A stretch of 64,000 nt of DNA from Mustelus asterias (taxonomy: Eukaryota): contig NW_027590388.1 in assembly GCF_964213995.1 (NCBI RefSeq), forward strand, positions 62,001 through 126,000, given 5' to 3'. The notes under the pieces are model-generated. The model was not told where the DNA came from. It worked only from the letters and a program-made list of their open reading frames with translations, and made no database searches. Shown piece after piece: positions 11,610 to 21,354 of the stretch. The stretch's first letter is position 1; every line of letters starts with the position of its first letter. Position numbers and translations under genes: made by a program.

Positions 11610-12130
11610 CCTGCTCTCCTCTCTTTCAGACATTCACTCACTCAACATCTCCTCTCTCTCAGAAACTCAATCACTTAACATCTCTCATCTCTCTCACACT
11701 CACTGAACATCTCTCTCTCTCTCCAGGCATTCACTCACACCTCACCTTCCACCTCTCTTACACTCTAACCTCGCTCCTCTCTCACATTCACTTAACCTCT
11801 CTCCTCTCAGAAACTGTCTTTGTCACTTAATGTCTCTCTATCTTTCTTTCAAACACTCACTCGTTTAACCTTCCTATTTCAGATCTGCTTAAACTTATTC
11901 ATTGTTTTCTCTCTCTCATTACCTCTCTCTCAAAAAGCACAAACACACTTCATCTCTCTTCGCTGTCTGAGAAAACATCTAATTGATGGAGATTCAATCC
12001 TCTCTGTTTCTCTCTCCCACTTCCTCTGACAGGCCCTGACTCACTTTAAATCTCCTCTTTTCTAATAACCCTCTTTGGGAAAACTCATTTGTTCTCTAAT
12101 TCCTCCTCATTTCTCCCAGTGATGACCCTC
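11610..12130. repeat. CT-rich low-complexity tract
   Basis: Degenerate (CT)n/CACT-rich sequence. Confidence 0.6.
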
Positions 12131-14231
12131 AGTCCATCTCCCAATTCAGTGAATGTGTTAAAAATCCAAATAATCTCCTTTCTTTATTGTTTAAAATGGG
12201 AATGGAGGTGAACGTAATGCTGAGAGCGGCAGCAATCTGTGTGGTTGTTCTTGATGCTGTCAGAGTGAGTTCACCCTCACAGGCAGGAAGACTGTTCACG
12301 GTGATAACATCAAACTGACGCCGGCTGTTTCATTCTCAGGTAACACAACTTCTCTGCTGCCGGTTCAAAAACGCACATCTCACTTCTGAGCAGAAAATAA
12401 ATCCAGGCACAACAATCTGGTGAGAACATCTGTCAATGCGACCTATATCTGTCCACAGAGTCAGGGCAGAGTCACACAGGTCACATTGTGGTGACATTTA
12501 CAAATGAGCCAGTTATTTCTGTTCAGAGTTTCCATTCGCAGATATAACCAGCTGTGTCTGTGGATCAGTTACTGAGTTCCCTGTGCTCCCCACAGCTGGG
12601 AACTGATAGCCTGCTCCCTTACATACAGAGCATTCTCTCTGTATTGCTTGTTTCCTCTGTTTCTCAGCTTTTATCTTTGACCACCTCATCTTTCTGCTTT
12701 TTAAAATCTCTCAATTTTTCTTTCTGTCTCTCCCTCTGTATCTCTCTCAGGCTCTGTGTGTTCCTATTTGATCAAGATGTTCAAAATCATGAAGAGTTTC
12801 TGATTGATTATGGAAGGAATGACAGGGAGAAAAGCAGAAAAACCCGGCAGGTCCAGCGGCATCTGTTCAGAGTTAACATTTTGAGTCCATATAATTCTTC
12901 AGGGCAGGAGAAACATGGGTTATCCATCTTAGGTTGGGGAATGTGCTGGGAGATTTAATAGAGGTGTTTAAAATGACAAATAATTTATGATAGTGTCAAT
13001 GGAGAGAAATTATCTCCCAGGAGCACGAGGGTTTGTCGATGGAGAGAATCGATTTCCTCCGTGCAGGAAGGTCTGTAAGCAGAGGACACAGAGATTTAAT
13101 TTAATTGACAACAGAACTGGAGGGGGTGATAAGGAGAATTTGTTACACAATAACTTCATATGATCTGGAATGCACTAACTGACAGGTGCTAGAAGCAAGT
13201 TTGATAGTAGCTTTCAAAGGGAATTGGATAAATACTTGCAGAGGATAAATTGGCAAAGTTATGGTGAATGGGATTAATTAGACAGTTCACTCATCCTTGT
13301 GACATTCTGAATGTTTCTCTCCTCAGGTTTTAATATTTGATCTTTTCGATTATAATGTGTCTCAAACAGAAGATTAAAATATTGGGTTTGATGAGCTGTC
13401 AGATCTCTTTCCTGTGTGTCTGTGTAACTTGAGAACTGGAGATAACCATGAGGAAGAACTGATTATTTTCAGTTCCTCTAACAGATACACCTCAGATATC
13501 AGAAATCCCTGGAGTTCCCCATGTCCTCATTATTCTCGCCTCGAGTATAACAGCTCTCAGTCAGGCCGAGTCAGTCACATGTCTCTGTCATGATGTTTCC
13601 ACTTGTATTTTATCACTCACCTCCCAGTGACACTCACCACAACACAGACACCTTAAAATATCATTGTTCCCTTACACTTTGTCCTCCTATTATAATCAAA
13701 TGTTTGTTGGGCCTCTTGTCTCCATTAATGTCAGATTACCTGCAGTTAAAATGACCTCAGAGACACTGAAACTGCAGTTGTAAAATACAGCAGAATTGGA
13801 ATAACAGACAGGCTATTGTCTGATAATGACAGTGGCAGAGTAACACACACCGGAATCTAAATACATTATATCAATAGACCATGACTCACTCACACTATCA
13901 AATGAAACCGAAACTTTGGTTATGGTGCACGAGATACTGACTGTATTACCATTACATTGGATCCAATGCTGTGTTCGCTAACATACTGCAACGTGACTCT
14001 TATTATTTGAACAAACATTGTATTTGTTACACTCAGAGTAAGTCAGTGCTTTGCTGTGTTGTCTCTGTGCCCCATCTCCACTCTGATTGTATTGGAGCCT
14101 GTGTGTGTCATTGTTACACTGAGACTCTGTTATTGCTAATGTGGAGATGCCGGCGTTGGACTGGGGTAAACACAGTAAGAAGTTTAACAACACCAGGTTA
14201 AAGTCCAACAGGTTTATTTGGTAGAAAAAGC

Positions 14232-14268
14232 CACAAGCTTTCGGAGCCTTAAGCTCCTTCTTCAGGTG
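14232..14268 (-). ncRNA. Minimal type I hammerhead ribozyme in the PLE pLTR
   Basis: CAC-CUGAAGA-A-GGAGC/GCUCC stem II-GAAAGCUU-GUG; palindromic stem III, as described for Penelope-like-element hammerheads. Confidence 0.8.
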
Positions 14269-15459
14269 AGTGGGAATTCTGTTCACAAACAGGGCATATA
14301 AAGACACAAACTCAATTTACAGAATAGTGGTTGGAATGCGAATACTTACAGCTAATCAAGTCTTAAAGGTACAAACAATGCGAGTGGAGAGAGCATCAAG
14401 ACAGGCTAAAGAGATGTGTATTGTCTCCAGACAGGACAGCCAGTGAGACTCTGCAAGTCCAGGCAAGCTGTGGGGAGTACAGATAGTGTGTCATGAACCC
14501 AATATCCCGGTTGAGGCCGTCCTCGTGTGCGGAACTTGGCTATCAGTTTCTGCTCAGCGACTCTGCGCTGTCATGTGTCGTGAAGGCAGCCTTGGAGAAC
14601 GCTTACCCGAAGATCAGAGGCTGAATGCCTGTGACCGCTCAAGTGCTCCCCAACAGGAAGAGAACAGTCTTGCCTGGTGATTGTCGAGCGATGTTCATTC
14701 ATCCGTTGTCGCAGTGTCTGCATGGTTTCCCCAATGTACCATGCCTCGGGACATACTTTCCTGCAGCGTATCAGGTAGACAACGTTGGCCGAGTTGCAAG
14801 AGTATGTACCGTGTACCTGGTGGATGGTGTTCTCACGTGAGATGATGGCATCTGTGTCGATGATCCAGCACGTGTTGCAGAGGTTGCTGTGGCAGGGTTG
14901 TGTGGTGTCGTGGTCACTGTTCTCCTGAAGGCTGGGTAGTTTGCTGCGGACAATGGTCTGTTTGAGGTTGTGCGGTTGTTTGAAGGCAAGAAGTGGGGGT
15001 GTGGGGATGGCCTTGGCGAGATGTTCGTCTTCATCAATGACATGTTGAAGGCTCCAGAGGAGATGCCGTAGCTTCTCCGCTCCGATGAAGTACTGGACGA
15101 CAAAGGGTACTCTGTCCACCGTGTCCCGTGTTTGTCTTCTGAGGAGGTCGGTGCGGTTTTTCGCTGTGGCGCGTCGGAACTGTCGATCAATGAGTTGAGC
15201 GCTATATCCTGTTCTTATGAGGGCATCTTTCAGCATCTGGAGGTGTCTGTTGCGATCCTCCTCATCCGAGCAGATCCTGTGTATACGGAGGGCTTGTCCG
15301 TAGGGGATGGCTTCTTTAACGTGTTTAGAGTGGAAGCTCTGCACTCACATTGTTTGTACCTTTAAGACTTGATTAGCTGCAAGGATTCGCATTCCAACCA
15401 TTATTCTGTCAATTGAGTCTGTGTCTTTATATGCCCTGTTTGTGAACAGAATTCCCACT

Positions 15460-15496
15460 CACCTGAAGAAGGGGCTTGAGGCTCCGAAAGCTTGTG
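15460..15496 (+). ncRNA. Minimal type I hammerhead ribozyme in the inverted pLTR
   Basis: CAC-CUGAAGA-A-GGGGC/GCUCC-GAAAGCUU-GUG. Confidence 0.75.
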
Positions 15497-15559
15497 TGAC
15501 GTTTGCTACCAAATAAACCTGTTGGACTTTAACCTGGTGTTGTTAAACTTCTTCCTGTT

Positions 15560-15990
15560 ATTATTGGACAAGCAGCAAATCACCGTCACAATGCCCGGCT
15601 GATTGACGGCAGCGCGGACCAATGGGAAGAGGGGACAGTGCTGGAGGACCGACGTGGAGCGGTCGGTCCTCCAACCAATGGGAGCGAAAGAGGGGCGGGG
15701 CCAGCTTTGACTGGAGCATGCGCAGTGTGAGTAATGGCGATGGGAAACGGCTTTTGTTTTGGACTCGGAAATCTGTTAGAGGTGATTGGAGGTCCGGAGA
15801 GAGCAATGGATCGTCCAGGTGGGTGGAAACGCTGCGTAAGCATGTTGTGTAAGCCGCAAACCGCGGAAGAGAACTTCCCGGACCCAGTTTGTACCGAGCA
15901 GGGCTGCTGCTCCTCATGTTCGTCCCGGGTTAACGTTCGCCATCTTTATTGGGGGCAATATGCAGCAGTGTGCACGTGCGCCCGCCATGT
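15560..15990 (+). promoter_or_regulatory. Putative CpG-rich promoter/first exon of ZNF C
   Basis: Same module as 8440-8760 in inverted orientation: CCAAT x2, GGGGCGGGG, AGCATGCGCAGT, YY1-like CGCCATCTT. Confidence 0.65.
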
Positions 15991-16351
15991 TTGTAGAGGG
16001 CAATGTTGTCAATCAGTGGGAGGGGCTTGTTCCCCAGTGTTCAGAATGGAGACAACTTGTCCATCAAACTGCATCAACCCTGAGTCCCAATGTCTTATTG
16101 ATGAGGCAGAGCGGTAGCAGAGAAGGAAAAAGAAAGGAAAATAAAAACAGTAAATGCTGGAAAATCTCAGCAGATCTGACAGCATCTGTGGAGAGAGAAT
16201 ACAACCAACGTTTTGAGACTGGATGACCCATAGACAGAGCTTGTACACGTGTAAACAGAGCATGTAAACTTTGACACCTCCACGTACCCTTGTACACCTC
16301 TATCAATCTACTTTGCTCCAAGGAGAACAACCCCAAGTTATCCAGCCTAAC

Positions 16352-16646
16352 TGATGCGCGTCAATGAGCACATGGAATCAAGGCTTTAGTATTGAAGGCT
16401 TTAATACAGTAACAATGAAACTACTAACACGAATACACCAGTTCAGACTGAAGGGGTCCTGCCGGAGCAGGGGGTCTTATACACTGCCACCGGAGGCGGG
16501 ACCCCACTGGAATGTGCCATGGTAACACTTATAACAGGTAAACACCCTAACCCAACAACATAGTACAACCCCCACAGTAATAACACCCTAGCCCAACAGT
16601 AACATGGTAACAAACCCCAGTGGTGAACCAACGATGGTTCACCACA
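16352..16646 (-). repeat. 3' LTR of the Gypsy element
   Basis: Direct repeat of 20738-21032. Confidence 0.97.
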
Positions 16647-16718
16647 TTCACCCCTCCTTTAAGACAAAAGGTGGCGGGGTGGACGAAAACAGACAATAAC
16701 AAAAAAAAATCACAGGAT

Positions 16719-19700
16719 TCACAAGTCCAGACGGTCTGGAGGACCGCACCGACGCTGCGATCTCCTCAACACCGGTTGCGAAACCGGATCAGGTGCTTGT
16801 AGTGGTTCTCTCCAAGTAATGTGTGGCTGTCCCTTCAAGGACTCCCGGGCCGGCCGGCCCTGGTGAGGCGATGGTGCAGGGGATCCTGGAACGTTTGGTG
16901 GTAGTGGTGGTGGTGGTGATGATGGTGGCGCCGATCTCCGAGTCTCAGGCAAGCTGTACATGGGAGTAAAAGTGTTATGCACTGGTCCCGGTGCTGACCG
17001 CGCCACGTCTGGGGAAGTAATGAGGAGTAGTGGATTTGTGACTGGGGGAATAGGAGCGACAGGGGTTGCTACGTCCCCTGCGGGCGCCAGGTCTCTAATG
17101 GAGACAGTGTCCTCTCGCCCGTCAGGATATGCCACATAGGCATACTGAGGGTTGGCGTGGAGGAGTTGGACCGGTTCGACCAAGGGGTCGGACTTGCGAG
17201 CCCTCACATGGCGCCGCAGAAGGACGGGTCCTGGGTACGTCAACCAGGCTGGCAATGAGGTCCCCGAGGACAACTTCCGAGGGAATGAGAACATCCTCTC
17301 GTGGGGAGTAGCATTGGTTGCCGTACACAGGAGGGAGCGGATAGAATGGAGCGCATTTGGAAGGACCTCCTGCCAACGGGAGACTGGAAGGCCCCTGGAT
17401 TTCAATGCCAGTAGGACAGCCTTCCAGACTGTAGCATTCTCCCTTTCCACCTGTCCGTTACCCCTAGGGTTGTAGCTCGTGGTTCTACTAGAGGCAATCC
17501 CGAATGAGAGCAGGAATTGCCTCAAGTCGTTGCTCATGAACGACGAGCCCCTGTCGCTATGAATATAGCAGGGGTACCCGAACAGGGTAAAAAGTTCACT
17601 GAAAACCTTGATGACGGTGGCAGTTGACGTGTCCGCACAGGGGAAAACAAACGGAAACCGGGAATATTCGTCTATTATATTGAGAAAATAGACATTCCGG
17701 TCCGTTGAGGGAAGAGGGCCCTTAAAATCCACACTCAGCCTCTCAAAAGGGCGAGTGGCCTTGACCAAATGTGCCCGGTCTGGTCGATAAAAGTGTGGTT
17801 TGCATTCTGCGCAAATCCGACAGCTTCTAGTTACTGACCTGATCTCCTCCACCGAGTAGGGCAGGTTGCGGGCTTTGATGAAGTGGTAGAGTCTGGTGAC
17901 TCCAGGATGACACAGATCATTGTGGAGAGCCTTCAAGCGGTCCTCCTGCATGATGGCGCATGTTCCGCGCGAGAGGGCATCCGAGGGCTCATTGAGCTTC
18001 CCTGGACGATACATAATATCGTAATTATAGGTGGAGAGCTCAATTCTCCACCGCAAGATCTTATCATTCTTGATCTTGCCCCTCTGCGTGTTATTGAACA
18101 TAAACGCCACGGATCGTTGATCCGTGATCAGGGTGAACCGCTTACCTGCCAGGTAATGGCGCCAGTGTCTGACTGCCTCCACAATGGCCTGAGCCTCCTT
18201 TTCCACCGCTGAGTGCCGAATCTCTGGGCCTTGAAGGGTGCGGGAAAAAAACGCGACGGGCCTGCCTGCCTGGTTTAGTGTGGCGGCTAGGGCGAAGTCA
18301 GATGCATCACTCTCCACCTGGAAAGGGATGGATTCATCCACCGCGTGCATCGTGGCTTTCGAGATGTCGCTTTTCAAAACCTTGAAGGCCAATTGGGCCT
18401 CCGGCGTAAGTGGGAAGGTCGTGGACTTAGTGAGCGGACGAGCTTTGTCCGCGTAGTTGGGGACCCACTGTGCATAATACGAAAAGAACCCGAGGCATCT
18501 CCTCAGTGCTTTCGTGCTAGCGGGCAAGGGAAGTTCAGTGAGTGGGCGCATACGGTCTGGATCAGGGCCAATGACCCCGTTTTCCACCACGTATCCGAGG
18601 ATGGCTAACTTACGCGTACGGAATACGCACTTCTCCCTGTTATAGGTCAGATTCAGGCGAGATGCAGCGCGCAGAAAGTGTTGGAGATTCGTGTTGTGGT
18701 CCTGCTGGTCATGGCCGCAGATGGTGACGTTATCCAGGTACGGGAAGGTAGCCCGCAACCCATTCTGGTCCACCATTCGGTCCATAGCACGCTGGAAGAC
18801 CGAGACCCCATTGGTGACACCAAATGGAACCCTGAGGAATTGGTATAGACGACCATCCGCCTCAAAGGCCGTATATTGTCGGTCCTCTGGGCGGATGGGG
18901 AGTTGATGGTAGGCGGACTTAAGGTCTATGGTAGAAAACACTCGGTACTGCGCAATCTGATTGACCATATCAGAAATGCGCGGGAGAGGATACGCATCCA
19001 GCTGCGTGTATCTATTAATGGTCTGACTATAGTCGATGACCATCCGAGGTTTGTTCCCGCTTTTGACTACCACGACCTGCGCTCTCCACGGACTAGCACT
19101 GGCCTGTATGATCCCTTCCTTGAGGAGCCGCTGAACCTCAGATCTAATAAAGATCCGGTCCTCAGCGCTGTAACGCCTACTTTTAGTAGCGATGGGCTTG
19201 CAGCCAGGTACCAGATTTTTAAAAAGGGATGGTGTCGTGATCTTCAGGATGGATAGATTGCACGCGGGGCGCTTTGGGCAATTTGGAGGCTGCGGCTGGT
19301 TCCCTACTGCCAGTGAAGGGAGTGGCCCACCGTACTGTAGGATCACACTCTTCATGTGGACCATAAAGTTTAGTCCGAGGATAATTGGCGCGCAAAGGTG
19401 AGGTAGCACAAGGAGCCTGAATTGCTCGTAAACTGTGCCCTGTACCTCAAGAGTTACCATACATCGTCCTTGGATCGGTACAGACCGGGACTGTGATGCC
19501 ATGGAAATTGTCTGTTTGGCAGGGAGAATCCGGAGTCCACACCTTTTAGCAGTTTCAGGGTGTATGAAACTTTCGGTGCTCCCACTGTCAAACAGACAAT
19601 TCACAGTTCTGCCACTAACCTTTACCTCCATCATAGAATGTTCCAGTCTGTAATGCCTGGTCTGGTCCAGAGAGATCGACGCCACCGTTGGCCCCTGGGC

Positions 19701-20714
19701 GTCACTGCATGCTGCCGATGTGGATGCTGAGGACCCCTGCTGGTCGCTCCTAGTCGTCGTGGACCATGATGGCCGCCCCCATGAATCGCACGTGGGCGAG
19801 GGCGCCAAGCGCAGCGACTCCTGGTGGTCTTCCTCCTCCTCTGTTTGCCACGATGGCGCCGTCCTGAGATCGCACGTGGTCGGACCTCGTGGGTACTGCA
19901 ACGCCGAAAGAGATGGTCTCCGTTCTGGAGGGTTACAAACTGCACTGCCGTTTTTAGGTCTGGACCTACAGACTTTGCCGTAGTGGCCTTTTTTACCGCA
20001 CTGGCTGCAGATTGCCGTTCTTGCCGGACACTGTTTCCGTGGATGCTTGGCCCCACCGCAAAAATAGCATCGCTGGCCACCTGGAGCTGCCGCCGTCGTC
20101 GAATCGATCTGGGAGCGCGGGTTCGCGGGGCGAGGAGGGAGCAGAGCTTGCTCCAACCACGTTGACTGCACGTGGTCCTCGGGGTACAGCGCCAAGCTCT
20201 TCGACGCCGCCTCCAACCTCGCGGCCATCCCCATTGCCTGGGTCAAGTTGAGTTTCCCCTTTTCTAGTAATTTAAGCCTGATGTACGAGGACCCTACCCC
20301 TGCTACGAACGCGTCTCGGGCGAGGTCGTACATGTACTGCTCGGCGGAGACGTCCTTACAGTCGCAACCCCTGGCAAGCTGCAGGAGCTCATTGGCATAA
20401 TCCTCTATGGTTTCGCCCGACTGCCGACGTCGTGTAGCGAGGAGGTAACGAGCATGTATCTCGTTGGGTGGCGTAATGTACCTATTCTTTAGGAGCTCGA
20501 CGGCACCCTGGTAAGTGGGAGCTGCACGAATGGCTAGGTAAATCGTGTCGCTTACCCTCGCGTGGAGGACCTGGAGTCTATCACTGTCCGTAGTGATAGC
20601 TACCGAGGCTGCCAGGTAGTCCTCAAAGCACTTCCACCAATGGTCGAATGTGTTAGCTGCACCGACCGCACGTGGGTCCAGTGTCAGACGATCCGGTTTT
20701 AGAATCTGTTCCAT
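16719..20714 (-). CDS. Gag-Pol polyprotein, single uninterrupted ORF, 1331 aa
   Basis: Two CCHC knuckles (CYFCGGAKHPRKQC, CSQCGKKGHYGKVC), protease LFDSGS, RT (IDLKSAYHQ, PFGVTN, YLDN), RNase H (ESDASD, EKEAQA), integrase HHCC + D,D,E (SVDF, HSDRG, QVER). Confidence 0.95.
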   Translation of the reverse strand: MEQILKPDRLTLDPRAVGAANTFDHWWKCFEDYLAASVAITTDSDRLQVLHARVSDTIYLAIRAAPTYQGAVELLKNRYITPPNEIHARYLLATRRRQSGETIEDYANELLQLARGCDCKDVSAEQYMYDLARDAFVAGVGSSYIRLKLLEKGKLNLTQAMGMAARLEAASKSLALYPEDHVQSTWLEQALLPPRPANPRSQIDSTTAAAPGGQRCYFCGGAKHPRKQCPARTAICSQCGKKGHYGKVCRSRPKNGSAVCNPPERRPSLSALQYPRGPTTCDLRTAPSWQTEEEEDHQESLRLAPSPTCDSWGRPSWSTTTRSDQQGSSASTSAACSDAQGPTVASISLDQTRHYRLEHSMMEVKVSGRTVNCLFDSGSTESFIHPETAKRCGLRILPAKQTISMASQSRSVPIQGRCMVTLEVQGTVYEQFRLLVLPHLCAPIILGLNFMVHMKSVILQYGGPLPSLAVGNQPQPPNCPKRPACNLSILKITTPSLFKNLVPGCKPIATKSRRYSAEDRIFIRSEVQRLLKEGIIQASASPWRAQVVVVKSGNKPRMVIDYSQTINRYTQLDAYPLPRISDMVNQIAQYRVFSTIDLKSAYHQLPIRPEDRQYTAFEADGRLYQFLRVPFGVTNGVSVFQRAMDRMVDQNGLRATFPYLDNVTICGHDQQDHNTNLQHFLRAASRLNLTYNREKCVFRTRKLAILGYVVENGVIGPDPDRMRPLTELPLPASTKALRRCLGFFSYYAQWVPNYADKARPLTKSTTFPLTPEAQLAFKVLKSDISKATMHAVDESIPFQVESDASDFALAATLNQAGRPVAFFSRTLQGPEIRHSAVEKEAQAIVEAVRHWRHYLAGKRFTLITDQRSVAFMFNNTQRGKIKNDKILRWRIELSTYNYDIMYRPGKLNEPSDALSRGTCAIMQEDRLKALHNDLCHPGVTRLYHFIKARNLPYSVEEIRSVTRSCRICAECKPHFYRPDRAHLVKATRPFERLSVDFKGPLPSTDRNVYFLNIIDEYSRFPFVFPCADTSTATVIKVFSELFTLFGYPCYIHSDRGSSFMSNDLRQFLLSFGIASSRTTSYNPRGNGQVERENATVWKAVLLALKSRGLPVSRWQEVLPNALHSIRSLLCTATNATPHERMFSFPRKLSSGTSLPAWLTYPGPVLLRRHVRARKSDPLVEPVQLLHANPQYAYVAYPDGREDTVSIRDLAPAGDVATPVAPIPPVTNPLLLITSPDVARSAPGPVHNTFTPMYSLPETRRSAPPSSPPPPLPPNVPGSPAPSPHQGRPARESLKGQPHITWREPLQAPDPVSQPVLRRSQRRCGPPDRLDL

Positions 20715-20737
20715 ACTCTCTGTTTACTGTATTAAAT

Positions 20738-21032
20738 TGATGCGCGTCAATGAGCACATGGAATCAAGGCTTTAGTATTGAAGGCTTTAATACAGTAACA
20801 ATGAAACTACTAACACGAATACACCAGTTCAGACTGAAGGGGTCCTGCCGGAGCAGGGGGTCTTATACCCTGCCACCGGAGGCGGGACCCCACTGGAATG
20901 TGCCATGGTAACACTTATAACAGGTAAACACCCTAACCCAACAACATTGTACAACCCCCACAGTAATAACACCCTAGCCCAACAGTAACATGGTAACAAA
21001 CCCCAGTGGTGAACCAACGATGGTTCACCACA
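20738..21032 (-). repeat. 5' LTR of the Gypsy element
   Basis: Direct repeat of 16352-16646; TATAAG at 20867-20862 and ATTAAA at 20791-20786 on the minus strand. Confidence 0.97.
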
Positions 21033-21354
21033 CTAACATTGTAACTATAATTCCTCATCCCTGAAACCATTTTGATAAATCTCCTCTGCACCCTGTCAAG
21101 GAGCCTCACATCCTCCATAATGTGTGTGGTGATCACTGGTTTGCACAGACCCAGGTATTCTGTGTTCCTGTCTGTGATCTCATTACATACTTAAAATTGC
21201 ACAGTGACATCACCCCCGCTCCCCGGGGATTTCCTCAACTGGGAGATTTTTCTCTGATGCCAATGCTTCTGATATCTTTCCAGCTGCAGGCTCCAGCAGG
21301 AGATTTTAATATTAAAATCAGTTAAATTGTTTCAGAGGTGAGTGTTTGTGACCA

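Larger units (their letters stand above)
14139..15557 (-). mobile_element. Penelope-like element, 5' truncated, with inverted terminal pLTRs; encodes RT thumb + GIY-YIG endonuclease
   Basis: ORF 14571-15344 contains NVVYLIRC..C..AWYIGET..TLRQRMNEH (GIY-YIG); ~14172-14385 and ~15340-15557 are inverted repeats. Confidence 0.92.
16352..21032 (-). mobile_element. Full-length Ty3/Gypsy LTR retrotransposon (Mag-like gag with two zinc knuckles)
   Basis: 295-bp LTRs at 16352-16646 and 20738-21032 (TG...CA, 2 mismatches); 5-bp TSD CTAAC; polypurine tract AAAGGAGGGGTGAA at 16647-16660; inserted into a CR1 remnant whose frame (GMRNYSYNV|RLDNLGLFSLEQ) rejoins across it. Confidence 0.97.

Noticed and set aside
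11200-14100. Possible exons of another gene or ncRNA
   Set aside because: Only isolated splice-like motifs and short ORFs; nothing supportable.
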